From a bacterium (lineage in GTDB: Bacteria; Hinthialibacterota; Hinthialibacteria; Hinthialibacterales; Hinthialibacteraceae): 64,000 nucleotides of DNA. The notes under the pieces were generated by a model that saw nothing but the letters and a program-made list of their open reading frames with translations, made no database searches and was not told where the DNA came from. Below, piece after piece: positions 1-9,539 of the stretch. The number at the start of each line of letters is the position of its first letter. Within the stretch, counting starts at the first letter, position 1. The stretch covers positions 32,001 to 96,000 of the forward strand of contig JBHGBC010000003.1 in assembly GCA_041946805.1 (NCBI GenBank). The letters are read 5' to 3'. Both the position numbers and the translations under genes were made by a program.

Positions 1-2110
1 GGACGCGGCTGGATTTCACCCGCAGGTTCATCGAGTTGATCTGGATTTCCAGTTCTTTTTTTGGCGGCCAGGTGTTCCGCACCACGCCCGGGCCGGAGAG
101 TCCCTGCACGCGGACCCGCGTGCCGGGTTGCAGTTGGTCCCAGGTCCACTCCTTGCGCTCGGTGAACGAATCCTCGAAGCGGGGTTTGGCGTCTTCCAGT
201 TCCATCCGGGCGATTTGCAGCGATTCCCGCAGATCGTTCAGCATGGAATCGGGCGGCGCGGCCCGGGTGCGGGTTTTATCGAGCAGGCCGGCCAGTTTGG
301 CTTTCCACTGTTCGCGGAATTCCTTTTCCTGGCGGTCCAGGTCCTCCAGCCGCCGCTCCAGCTCCTGGATCAAGTTTTGGGCCTTGCGTTCCGAGCGCTG
401 GATGACATCCTGGGCCTCGCGGCGGGCCTTTTCATAGCGTTTTTGCGCCTCTTCCCGCAGATGGGCGGCCTTGGCGATCTCTTCTTGCTGCTTTTCGCGC
501 AAGGCTTGGGCGGCGCGCAGTTCATCCCCCAGGCGGGTCAGGAGTTCCTCGGGCGAGTCCCCATGCCGTTCCACCGTGGCCCGGGCGCGCTGGATGACCG
601 GCGCGGGCAGCCCCAGGCGGTCGGCGATCTGGATGGCGTTGCTCTTGCCCGGCAGGCCGGCTTGAAAATGGAAAGTGGGTTGCAGGGTATGGGGATCGAA
701 CTCCATCGAGCCGTTCTCCACGCCCTCCGTCCGGTAGGCGTAGAGTTTCAGCTCGTTCAAGTGCGTGGAAACCAGGAACGATGCGCCCCGCGCGCGCAGT
801 TGCTCCAGGATCGAACACGACAAGGCCCCGCCCTCCACCGGATCGGTTCCCGAACCCAGTTCATCGAGCAGCACGAGAGTCCGGGGTTCCGCCATTTCCA
901 GAATGCGGCGGATGTTGCCCATGTGCGAAGAGAAGGTCGAGAGGTTTTGTTCGAGGCTTTGCTCATCGCCGATGTCCGCGCCGATCTGCCGGTAAACCGG
1001 CACCACAGTGGTGGCGTCGGCGGGGATGTGCAGGCCGGATTGGGCCATCAGCGCCAAGAGGCCGACGGTTTTCAGGACCACGGTCTTGCCGCCCGTGTTG
1101 GGGCCGGTGATCACCAGGCCGCGGGTTTCGGGGGGCAGGGTCAAGTGAAGCGGCACGACGGCGTCCCGCCCGTGCCGGATCAACAGCAAGGGATGGCGGG
1201 CGTTGACCAGGTTGAGCGCCGCGTCCTCCACCATCCGCGGTTCGTTCATGTGGTGCCGGAGGCTGAAGCGGGCCTTGGCGGCCAAGAAATCGATATGGGT
1301 AAAGACGTCGAGGTTTTGGAGCAGGCCGTCCACGTGTTCCGCGATCAGGGCGGTCAATTCGCGCAAGATCTTGCGGATTTCCAACTCCTCGTCCCGGAAC
1401 AGCGATTTCAGCTGGTTGCCGTCCTCGACGATCTCCATGGGTTCCATGAAAACCGTTGTGCCCGTGGCCGAGCGGTCGTGGATGATCCCGGGAACCTTGC
1501 TCTGGTAGCGGGAATCCACCGGCAGCACGTAACGCCCCTCGCGCTGCGTATAATAAAACTCCTGGAGAAACTCTTTCCACGCCCCCCGCAGCAAGCGGTT
1601 GAGCCGGTTGACCAGGGTGGAGCGTTGGATCCGGATGCTCTTGCGGATCTTGGAGAGTTCACGCGAGGCCGTGTCGCGGATATTTTTTTGTTCATCAAAG
1701 ACCCGCGCCAGGGCCGCTTCGAGTTCCGGACACGGGACCAGGCGCGCGGCGTAGCGCCGGACGCGGGGAATGTCCACCTTGGCGTCCTTGAGCCGGGCTT
1801 GGATCCGGCGGGCGGCGGCGGCGGTTTCGCCGATCCGGATGATCTCTTCGGCATCGAGGACCGCGCCGGGGATAGCGCATTTCCGCAGCGGGGCGCGCAC
1901 GTCGTACAGGCCGTCCAGCGGGGGGGCCTGGCTGATCTCGTACAGGCGCGCCATCTCGGTGACTTCGGCCAGGCTTTCGCGGATGGTGGTCAGGTCGGTG
2001 AAGGGGGAAAGACTCTCGATGGCCTCCCGGCCCAGGGCCGAGGAGGCGAACTGGGCGAGAAGATCCTTGACTTTATCGAATTCCAGAACGAGCAGGGCGT
2101 GGCTGTCCAT
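1..2110 (-). CDS. mutS2: Endonuclease MutS2 (3' end runs off the left edge of the window)
   Basis: Read manually on the minus strand because it is missing from the ORF track (no stop in the window). ATG at 2110 follows GGGGGGAGG. It begins MDSHALLVLEFDKVK and contains Walker A VITGPNTGGKT, ADIGDEQSLEQNLSTFSSH and DELGSGTDPVEG. Confidence 0.93.
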   Translation of the reverse strand, partial: MDSHALLVLEFDKVKDLLAQFASSALGREAIESLSPFTDLTTIRESLAEVTEMARLYEISQAPPLDGLYDVRAPLRKCAIPGAVLDAEEIIRIGETAAAARRIQARLKDAKVDIPRVRRYAARLVPCPELEAALARVFDEQKNIRDTASRELSKIRKSIRIQRSTLVNRLNRLLRGAWKEFLQEFYYTQREGRYVLPVDSRYQSKVPGIIHDRSATGTTVFMEPMEIVEDGNQLKSLFRDEELEIRKILRELTALIAEHVDGLLQNLDVFTHIDFLAAKARFSLRHHMNEPRMVEDAALNLVNARHPLLLIRHGRDAVVPLHLTLPPETRGLVITGPNTGGKTVVLKTVGLLALMAQSGLHIPADATTVVPVYRQIGADIGDEQSLEQNLSTFSSHMGNIRRILEMAEPRTLVLLDELGSGTDPVEGGALSCSILEQLRARGASFLVSTHLNELKLYAYRTEGVENGSMEFDPHTLQPTFHFQAGLPGKSNAIQIADRLGLPAPVIQRARATVERHGDSPEELLTRLGDELRAAQALREKQQEEIAKAAHLREEAQKRYEKARREAQDVIQRSERKAQNLIQELERRLEDLDRQEKEFREQWKAKLAGLLDKTRTRAAPPDSMLNDLRESLQIARMELEDAKPRFEDSFTERKEWTWDQLQPGTRVRVQGLSGPGVVRNTWPPKKELEIQINSMNLRVKSSRV

Positions 2111-2122
2111 CCTCCCCCCCGG

Positions 2123-2422
2123 TCACAACCATTCCTGGGGATTGGGTTCGCGGATTTCCTTGTCCCGCAGCCACCGGTACAGGTAGCGGAGATGGCCGAG
2201 AGGCCCGACATGCTCCTTCCACAGTTTCAGAAACAGACTGCACCGGGGGCAGGCGTTCTTGGCCGGGGACAAGGGTTTTTCCATCATCACGAACAGTTTC
2301 TTTTCCCGGTTGCTGGGCATGGCGCGCATGGGGGACAGGATTTCCGGGCAACGGAAATTGCCTTCGACAAACGGGCAGATAAAATCGACGTGGCGCTTGG
2401 GCGACTGATCCAATGGAACCAT
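2123..2422 (-). CDS. Small hypothetical protein with 4 Cys (C-x8-C ... CxxC)
   Basis: 99-aa ORF ending 12 bp before the mutS2 start on the same strand; no family recognised. Confidence 0.5.
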   Translation of the reverse strand: MVPLDQSPKRHVDFICPFVEGNFRCPEILSPMRAMPSNREKKLFVMMEKPLSPAKNACPRCSLFLKLWKEHVGPLGHLRYLYRWLRDKEIREPNPQEWL

Positions 2423-2739
2423 CCTTCCCTATCACGGAACATCGGTGAACGCTATCAGTATAGCATCGCGAAGATGAGGTCAAAGACAAAGCGCGCGGCC
2501 CTTCCGGGAAAATCCTCTTTCTCCGCCTGAGGCTTGAAACAGCCGCGGCCACTTCCAATCACATCGTATTTGACTTTATCATTCTTTATGGTTCAGCCGG
2601 GGAGCGCGCGCGCCCGGATCCCATGCCCTGGATTGAAATCCCGGATTGCTGTAAAGCTTTCCTCAGAACGGGGCTCGTTATACCGGTCCGGGAAAGTCGA
2701 CGCGCAGGGGGACGGGGCGAAACAGCGTGACCAGGCTTT

Positions 2740-2770
2740 CCCTCACCCCGGCCCTCTCCCAGAGGGAGAG
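2740..2770 (+). repeat. Solo CCCTCACCC-N3-CCCTCTCCCAGAGGGAGAG hairpin repeat
   Basis: The same motif recurs solo at about 4424, 6163, 10582, 17338, 27776, 43071, 52181, 52317 and 55413, and inside the composite elements. Confidence 0.8.
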
Positions 2771-2803
2771 TGAACCCAAAAAAACACAAGGAGAAATAGG
2801 GAC

Positions 2804-4264
2804 ATGAAACGTGGCAAACCGAACCGCATCATGGGAGTTGGGATGGTTGGAGGACTGGTCCTGGCCCTGGCCGCCGGCACGGTGCTCGGAGACACGTTGA
2901 CCGTCAAGCCGGACGGGAGCGGGAATTTCACCACGATCCAGGCCGCCATCGACGCCGCCAAGCCGGGGGACATCATCGAGATCGGCACGGGCGTGTATAC
3001 CGAGGATGTCAGCATCGGCAACATCAACACGCCGAACAACAAGAAAAACAACCTGACCTTGAAAGCCGCCGCCGGGGCGAACGTGGAGATCCGCGCCGCC
3101 AACGAGAAGACCCGCGTGGAGAGCCTGGCCGCCCTGGGGGCCGATTTCGGCCCGGCGGACCGCACGGGCGTGTTCGTCTATGGCGATGGCGCCACGCTGG
3201 AAGGACTCAAGATCGTGCAGCCGGATCCCACGGTGAACGGTCTGGGCCTCAACCTGGCCATGATCATCATCAGTTCCGATGTCACGGTCCGGAACTGCGA
3301 ATTCGTGGGGGCCGGCGCCACCTCGGCGGGTGACGTGGTCGGCGCGGCGGTTTCCCCGCTCGACGTGGTGGGATTCTCCATGGGGCAATCCGTGCTGGCC
3401 AAAAACGTGCGCTTCGAAAACTGCAAGTTTCACGATTTCCCTTATGCCTTCGCCACCGCCGATCTGCCCCTGGAACTGGGCGTCCCCATCGATCCGCCGG
3501 ACGCGGCCCTGGTGAATTGCGAGTTCTACAACAACGGCACGGGGGTCGAAATGGATGACGGCGCGACCACTGTCGTGGACTGCGTGTTTCACGACGGCGG
3601 GACGGGCCTGAGCATCTCCGACGACGCCTCCACCATCCGGGGCTGCCATATCTTTAACAACGTGGAACATGGCATCCAGATCGACACGTCGGAAAACGAG
3701 GACAACGAGCCGGCGGGCAATCCCGCCATCGTGATCGAGAACTGCGTCATCGAGAACAACGGCGAGCAGGACACGCACAACGGCATCAACCTGGAGCAAG
3801 GGACGATCACCGTCCGCAATACCTTGATCCGGGGCAGCGCCGGCCCCTCCGTGTTCATCACGCCATCGGATCAGCGGGAAATCAAGGCCACGTTCGATCA
3901 TTGCGATTTCTACCAATCGTTCAGCGGCACCGGCATCAGTTCCACCGCCACCCCCAGCGGGAGCGCCACGGTGGAGATCGCCAACAGCATCCTCGTGGAC
4001 GCCGACGGCATCGTGAACGACGCCGGGGACCTGGTGGCCTTCAACGTGAGCTATTGCGATATCTTCGTAACCGGCACGCAATTTTTGGGGGACGCGGTCA
4101 CGTCCACCAACATCCTGAATGTGGAACCCGGCTATGTGGATCCAGCCAACGGCGATTTCCACCTCAAGGCGGATTCGCCGCTGCTCACCGCGGGGAAAGA
4201 TGGAACCTTCCTGGGCTCCCTGGGCAGCATTACCCGCGTGGAAAGCTGGATGCTGCAATACTAG
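2804..4264 (+). CDS. Secreted right-handed beta-helix (pectin lyase-like) protein with C-terminal TRVESWMLQY tail
   Basis: RBS AGGAG, signal peptide, N-terminal 'GNFTTIQAAIDAAKPGDII', repeated NC/N-G beta-helix turns and 'DFHLKADSPL'. Confidence 0.85.
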   Translation: MKRGKPNRIMGVGMVGGLVLALAAGTVLGDTLTVKPDGSGNFTTIQAAIDAAKPGDIIEIGTGVYTEDVSIGNINTPNNKKNNLTLKAAAGANVEIRAANEKTRVESLAALGADFGPADRTGVFVYGDGATLEGLKIVQPDPTVNGLGLNLAMIIISSDVTVRNCEFVGAGATSAGDVVGAAVSPLDVVGFSMGQSVLAKNVRFENCKFHDFPYAFATADLPLELGVPIDPPDAALVNCEFYNNGTGVEMDDGATTVVDCVFHDGGTGLSISDDASTIRGCHIFNNVEHGIQIDTSENEDNEPAGNPAIVIENCVIENNGEQDTHNGINLEQGTITVRNTLIRGSAGPSVFITPSDQREIKATFDHCDFYQSFSGTGISSTATPSGSATVEIANSILVDADGIVNDAGDLVAFNVSYCDIFVTGTQFLGDAVTSTNILNVEPGYVDPANGDFHLKADSPLLTAGKDGTFLGSLGSITRVESWMLQY

Positions 4265-4390
4265 GGCTCCAGGCCAGCGTTTTTTGTCTGAATCAGGAGG
4301 ATCAGGATTCACAAGATAACCAGATGATAATCGGGCAGACGGAATGTCTGCGGGACATAGACGAAAAGGACCGAAAGAACATCAAGGAAT

Positions 4391-4457
4391 GGGGCGGACA
4401 CCCAGGTCCGCCCCTATCCAATTCCCTCACCCCGGCCCTCTCCCAGAGGGAGAGGGG
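4391..4457 (+). repeat. REP-like palindrome GGGGCGGAC-N-GTCCGCCCCTA plus CCCTCACCC hairpin
   Basis: The palindrome also occurs at 8430-8455 and 41470-41495. Confidence 0.75.
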
Positions 4458-4500
4458 AAAGATTGTTCTCTCATCGGCTGTTGAGAAGAGTAGGTTATTT

Positions 4501-4659
4501 GTAACTATTTACTGTTTGCAGAACAGTTTCTGAGCGCCAACGTAGCGTTTAAACTATCCCAGAGCTTTTGCCCGGAGAGGATCATAGCCATGGCATTGAA
4601 TTCCCTCTCCCTCTGGGAGAGGGGCAAGGTGAAGGAAATCCTGAAAGGGCGGAATTCAT
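4501..4659 (-). mobile_element. Composite MITE-like element, partial (one type-A end, GTAACTATTTAC)
   Basis: Reverse-orientation match to the 27505-27694 element, with the same order of modules. Confidence 0.6.
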
Positions 4660-4731
4660 CCTAATTCACGCCATCGGATTGATAGTCTAAAATTACGTGG
4701 AAAACCCATTTCCAAAAAAGGATCGAAAACC

Positions 4732-6012
4732 ATGATACGCCGCCGCTTTCTTTCAATTCTGCTTTTACCCCTGCTGGCCCTGTGGGTTCCGGCCGGATGG
4801 GGGGAAATCGCCGCCCGGGAAGGCCGGGGGTATCTCGAAATCGTGGACGGCCAGCGGGTGCTGCACTTGAAAGGCACGCCCCGCGAGATGGGTTACCAGC
4901 ACGGCAAACTGCTTAAGGACCTGGTCGTGACCAACCTGAAGAGCATCATCGACAACCAAACCCAGTTGGGGCAGACCAAGGAATACATGATGTACAAGAT
5001 GCTGCGGGGCGGGATGCACAACCGCCTCGCGCCGCATATCCCGGAGCGGTTTCTGGAAGAGATGCGCGGCCTGGCCGAGGGGGCGGGATTGCCTTTCGAC
5101 GAGATCCTGGCCGGCAACCTGTTCCCCGAGGCGTTTCATTGCAGCGGCATCGCCCTCATGGGCAAGGCCACAAAGGACGGATCGCTTTATCATGTCCGCA
5201 TCCTCGATTACATTACCGAGGCGGGTTTGCAGGACCACGCCGTGGTGATGCTGGTGGAGCCGGACGAGGGCCACGCGTTCATCAACATCAGTTACGCCGG
5301 TTTTATCGGCAGCATCACGGGCATGAACGACCAGCAGATCACCATCGGCGAAATGGGTGGCGCCGGCCAGGGTTACTGGGACGGCATGCCCATGAGCCTG
5401 CTGCTGCGCGACACGCTCGAACGGGCCTCCACCCTCAAGGAGGCGCTGAAGATCTACAACGACACGCCCCGCACTTGCGAATACTTCTATGTCATCTCCG
5501 ACGCCAAGATTCCCGACGCGCGCGGCCTCTATTCCACCCCCAAGCAGATCCATTTCGTGAAGCCGGGCGAGAATTTCGGGATGTTCGACGTCCCCCTGCC
5601 ACCCGAAGGCGACAGCGGCGGCCACCGGTTGCTGGTCAAGGGCTTCCAGTTGGTCCAATCCCCGGTCCAGACCCTGATCCAGTCGGCGGAGGGCAAGACC
5701 TTGGGCTTTTTGAACACCCCGCCGGAAGACAGCGTCATCCTCTCCGGCGAGGACCGTTACAAGGTCTTCGCGGAACGGTTGTTGGAAAATTACGGCAAGG
5801 TGGACGCGGCGTTGCTGCAGGAAATGATCAAGCGGCCGGTGGCGATGAAGGGCAATCTGCACAACGCTATTTTCCATCCCTCCACGCTGGAGGTCTGGGT
5901 GGCCAATGCGGGCTCCAACAGCGAGCCGGCCTGCGACCAGCCGTATTATCATTACCAACTGATCACGGACAAAAACCAGGACACCGTGATTGAAACATCG
6001 ATGGTGAAATAA
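4732..6012 (+). CDS. C45 family Ntn-hydrolase (acyl-CoA:6-APA acyltransferase-like peptidase), exported
   Basis: Signal peptide, 'GTPREMGYQHG', 'EEMRGLAEG', autoproteolytic Cys in 'FHCSG', and 'GSITGMN'. Confidence 0.8.
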   Translation: MIRRRFLSILLLPLLALWVPAGWGEIAAREGRGYLEIVDGQRVLHLKGTPREMGYQHGKLLKDLVVTNLKSIIDNQTQLGQTKEYMMYKMLRGGMHNRLAPHIPERFLEEMRGLAEGAGLPFDEILAGNLFPEAFHCSGIALMGKATKDGSLYHVRILDYITEAGLQDHAVVMLVEPDEGHAFINISYAGFIGSITGMNDQQITIGEMGGAGQGYWDGMPMSLLLRDTLERASTLKEALKIYNDTPRTCEYFYVISDAKIPDARGLYSTPKQIHFVKPGENFGMFDVPLPPEGDSGGHRLLVKGFQLVQSPVQTLIQSAEGKTLGFLNTPPEDSVILSGEDRYKVFAERLLENYGKVDAALLQEMIKRPVAMKGNLHNAIFHPSTLEVWVANAGSNSEPACDQPYYHYQLITDKNQDTVIETSMVK

Positions 6013-6074
6013 GCGCGGCTTGGAAAGCCCTGAATCGAGGGAGTGGATTCGCCATTGGGATGGAGGAAGAGACA

Positions 6075-6249
6075 GTAGGATGGATTAGCGAAGCGTAACC
6101 CATCTACACCACCATCCTACGTTTATTACGGAAATCATACGACGGGAAAGCAACCATCGAATCCCCTCTCCCTTTGGGAGAGGATCCGGGTGAGGGAAAG
6201 AAAAGTAGGCTTGTTTATAATGTAGGGGCACGTTGCAACGTGCCCCTAC
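6075..6249. repeat. Cluster of three REP-like elements (GTAGGATGG type, CCCTCACCC hairpin, perfect 28-bp GTAGGGGCACGTTGCAACGTGCCCCTAC)
   Basis: Read directly; each type has further copies elsewhere in the window. Confidence 0.8.
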
Positions 6250-6376
6250 TAACAGGGACATCGTTTCTTCTCCACCCCCTGACTTTCCCGGGGCGTTGCC
6301 TACACCCACCGCCCCGGATCAGGTACGATAGTTCCGGTTTCCGCATTCTATCCACGCATCCGAAAGGAGTCCGTCT

Positions 6377-8098
6377 GTGAATCGGTTTGGTTTCATGCTC
6401 ATTGTGGTAATTGGGATTGCGTTAATCCCCGGGGCCCAGGCCCAGTTTCCGGACGCGGCCGGGTACACGCCGCTCTTCAACGGGCAGGATCTGTCCGGTT
6501 GGACGGAACAATGGGAAGGCGACTGGTCCGTACAAAAGGGAATCCTCACCGGCAAGCAGGATCCGGCCGTGGGCAAGGATTCCTGGCTTTTCACCGAGGG
6601 CGAATGGGATGATTTTTCGCTCTTCGTGGAATTCCGGATGACCCCCAACTGCAACAGCGGCGTGGGCATCCGCATGCCGAAGGGGACCGAAGGGCGTCCC
6701 TCGCAATACGGTTACGAGATTCAGATCGCCGACACCGACAACGAGTTCCCCACGGGCAGCGTTTTCCGGCACGTGGCGGCCAATCAGAAACTGCACCGCT
6801 CCGGGTGGAATGAAATGTACATCGTCACCCATGGGGATCATATCGTCGTGTATCTGAACCGGCAGAAAGTAGTGGACACGCGGCTGGAAGGTTCGAAGAA
6901 AGGCCGCGTGGGACTACAAGTCCACGGCGGCGAGACCTACCGCGGCCAGGTGGTGGAGTTCCGGACCGTCAAGATCAAGGACCTGAAGCCGCAATACCAG
7001 GCCGCGCCCTCACCCCTGCAGTTCAAGATCCACCAACTGGATGGCGGCCTCAGCGAGGGCTGCACGGTGACCGACATCAACCGCGACGGCAAGCTCGACA
7101 TCACGTGCGGCTCGTTTTGGTACGAAGCGCCCGCCTGGACCCAGCACAAACTGCGTGAAGTGGCCATCGAGGGAGAATACGCCAGCAATTACGGCGAGTA
7201 TGCCATGGACGTCAACCGTGACGGCTGGCCGGATATCATTTCCGGCGGCTGGTTCACGCCGGTCATGTCGTGGTTCGAACATCCGGGAGGAAACAACCTG
7301 GATCAACTCTGGAAGGAACACGTCATCGCCACCGATCTTTCCTCCACCGAAGGCATTCTGCTGCGCGATGTGGATTACGACGGCCGCCCGGACATCCTGG
7401 TCAACCGCTACGATGACACCCAACCCGTCGCCTATTTCGCCTACGTGGGCCTGGAGAAAAGCGAGTCCGGATTCGAGCGCCGGATCATCGGCGCGGAGGG
7501 CCGGGGCCATGGCGCGGGCATCGGCGATGTCAACGGCGACGGCCGCGACGATGTGCTCACTCCCGGCGGCTGGTACGAATGCCCCCTGCTGCCCGCCACC
7601 CAGGCGTGGACTTTCCACGGCAATTTCAAGGCGCCGCATTCGGGCATCCCCTTCCTTGTGGATGATTTCAACCAGGACGGCCTGGCGGACATCGTCTGGG
7701 GGCACGCCCACGATTTCGGCCTTTTCTGGCTCGAACAAACCCGCGACAGCGCCGGACGGCAGGCGTGGATCGAGCACACCATCGATAACACGTTCTCGCA
7801 GATCCACTGCCCCATCCTGGTGGACCTGGACGGCGACGGGACCCAGGACATCGTCGCCGGGAAACGCTACCGCGGCCACAACGGGGCGGATCCGGGCGCC
7901 ATGGAGCCGCTGTGCATCTTCTGGTACAAAGTGGTGAAAGGCGCTGATCCCCAGTTCCTAAAGCACATCGTCACCTATGATGACAACGTGGGCGTGGGCA
8001 TGAACACCCAGGTGGTGGACGTGGACCAGGACGGCGACCTCGACCTCGCCGCGCCGGGCAAGACCGGCATCCATTTCATCGAAAACCTGAGCCGGTGA
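6377..8098 (+). CDS. DUF1080 (3-keto-disaccharide hydrolase-like) domain fused to FG-GAP/VCBS repeats, secreted
   Basis: RBS AAGGAG with GTG start. 'LFNGQDLSGW', 'NSGV', 'GYEIQI' and 'GLQVHG' are followed by several D-x-N/D-x-DG-x-x-D repeats. Confidence 0.85.
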   Translation: MNRFGFMLIVVIGIALIPGAQAQFPDAAGYTPLFNGQDLSGWTEQWEGDWSVQKGILTGKQDPAVGKDSWLFTEGEWDDFSLFVEFRMTPNCNSGVGIRMPKGTEGRPSQYGYEIQIADTDNEFPTGSVFRHVAANQKLHRSGWNEMYIVTHGDHIVVYLNRQKVVDTRLEGSKKGRVGLQVHGGETYRGQVVEFRTVKIKDLKPQYQAAPSPLQFKIHQLDGGLSEGCTVTDINRDGKLDITCGSFWYEAPAWTQHKLREVAIEGEYASNYGEYAMDVNRDGWPDIISGGWFTPVMSWFEHPGGNNLDQLWKEHVIATDLSSTEGILLRDVDYDGRPDILVNRYDDTQPVAYFAYVGLEKSESGFERRIIGAEGRGHGAGIGDVNGDGRDDVLTPGGWYECPLLPATQAWTFHGNFKAPHSGIPFLVDDFNQDGLADIVWGHAHDFGLFWLEQTRDSAGRQAWIEHTIDNTFSQIHCPILVDLDGDGTQDIVAGKRYRGHNGADPGAMEPLCIFWYKVVKGADPQFLKHIVTYDDNVGVGMNTQVVDVDQDGDLDLAAPGKTGIHFIENLSR

Positions 8099-8237
8099 TT
8101 TCCGCAATCCCATCTTTGCAGCGCAGGCTTTCAGCCTGTAATTCCTTCTCACGGGTATGGGAGAAAATCGGTAATGTCATTGAACTGAGATTGGTTTGTC
8201 CTCCCCGCGCCAGCGGGGATCCCGGGACTGTTTACCG

Positions 8238-8270
8238 CAGGGGCATGTGATCACGTGCCCCTGTTTTTTT
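8238..8270 (+). terminator. Probable intrinsic terminator built from a REP-like palindrome
   Basis: CAGGGGCATGTGA/TCACGTGCCCCTG stem followed by T7, downstream of 6377-8098. Confidence 0.5.
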
Positions 8271-8285
8271 CGTATTTAAATTCTG

Positions 8286-8549
8286 GTATCTGTTTACCGG
8301 ATGGCAGTGCTGCTTTTGAGGGCCAACGGCGCGGCATGAGTCTTGCCCAGGGCGTAAGCCCTGGGACGAAAGGGACTCAACCCTGAATCCCCTCTCCCTC
8401 TGGAAGAGGGTTAGGGAGAGGGAATTAAGGTAGGGGCGGACCTAGGTATCCGCCCGAGTTTTCCCCTCTCCCTCTGGGAGAGGGTCAGGGTGAAGGAAGC
8501 CCTGAAAGGGCGAAATTCATACATTTTCTGCAAAGGAGTAAACAGTTAC
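8286..8549 (-). mobile_element. Composite MITE-like element, complete, with 12-bp type-A terminal inverted repeats
   Basis: Ends are GTATCTGTTTAC and GTAAACAGTTAC (1 mismatch). It contains two CCCTCTCCC hairpins and a nested GTAGGGGCGGAC REP. Confidence 0.7.
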
Positions 8550-8576
8550 AAATTCTGTATGGTGGAAACCACGTCC

Positions 8577-9428
8577 ATGAAAAGCGAACCTTCATTTCCC
8601 ACCCGCCGGGCGTTTTCCTTCATCGAGCTGCTGGTGGTCCTGTTGCTGGTCAGCCTCTGGATGTCGGGCGCCTGGGTGGATGTGGGAAAATACTTGTGGC
8701 TGATCGAAATCCCCGCGTCCCTGGTGTGGTTTATTCTGCTTTACCGGGCATTGAAATGGATGATCTGGGACATCACCGCGAAACGAACGTTTCTCTGGAA
8801 TATCAAATCCCTCATCGTGCTGCTGTTCGTCCTGCATATCGGTGTGGCGTTGCTGCTCCGGTTTGGATTGCACTATTCCCTCTTTGTGTCATATCCCCTC
8901 TCTTTCGCATTTGGCGTAATCCTGCCGCTGGTGACACTGACCGCCGTGGAAAAGACACGGGAAAAACGCCGTTATCACCCCCGGTTGGACGCCCGTGTGA
9001 TCCTGAACCTCGCCCAGTCATGCCCCCCCGTAAAGGAATTCACGCGGCGGTATCCCATCCGCGCGGCGTATGTTTTCGATCATACCCGGAATCACCGGGT
9101 GGCGGCCTGCCTGTTCCACCACCGGCGGGAACGTCCGGAGCGGGCAGATTTGTTTGAAGATGTACTTTTGGAAATTGAGATCGACATGCGGATCCGCCAA
9201 GCTCTCCCGGACCAAACGCGGATCACGCGTTACCTCTTCCAACCGTATCAGGATGGCAGCATCCTGATGGAACTTGTGGGGGAAGCCGGTGATGAGAAGT
9301 TGCCACTCAGCCAGGAAACCTTGCTCCGCTTCGATCAAATCCTCAACCGCTTCCCTTCCCTGGCGGATGATCCCTTGCCGATTGCATTGCACCGGGGACC
9401 GATCGGGAAGTTTGAAAACACTTCCTGA
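8577..9428 (+). CDS. Membrane protein with a prepilin-type N-terminal cleavage/methylation motif
   Basis: RRA|FSFIELLVVLLL (Glu at +5), then about 3 more hydrophobic helices and a soluble domain. The ORF-track start at 8490 lies inside the MITE; the real start is likely 8577 or 8559. Confidence 0.65.
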   Translation: MKSEPSFPTRRAFSFIELLVVLLLVSLWMSGAWVDVGKYLWLIEIPASLVWFILLYRALKWMIWDITAKRTFLWNIKSLIVLLFVLHIGVALLLRFGLHYSLFVSYPLSFAFGVILPLVTLTAVEKTREKRRYHPRLDARVILNLAQSCPPVKEFTRRYPIRAAYVFDHTRNHRVAACLFHHRRERPERADLFEDVLLEIEIDMRIRQALPDQTRITRYLFQPYQDGSILMELVGEAGDEKLPLSQETLLRFDQILNRFPSLADDPLPIALHRGPIGKFENTS

Positions 9429-9539
9429 CCGGCTTCGGGGCTTCCCCTCTTCCCATTTATCCCTTTATTCTTATGAGGACCGCCGAATACGGACGAATGC
9501 GCGGAAATCAATGACCGCCGCTTACGAGGGAGAAGAATC

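Noticed and set aside
128..2530. 800-aa plus-strand ORF
   Set aside because: Antisense shadow of mutS2; it has no recognisable motifs, while the minus frame carries clear MutS2 motifs.
4285..4390. Purine-rich, loosely periodic stretch after the beta-helix gene
   Set aside because: Too degenerate to define a repeat unit.
6174..6380. Short ORFs containing 'VGARCNVPL' or 'PHPxPLPEGE' (also 18937-19191, 30766-30948, 27716-27940)
   Set aside because: These peptides are translations of the REP and hairpin repeats, not a protein family.
8490..8558. Upstream extension of the prepilin-motif ORF
   Set aside because: It is translated MITE sequence.
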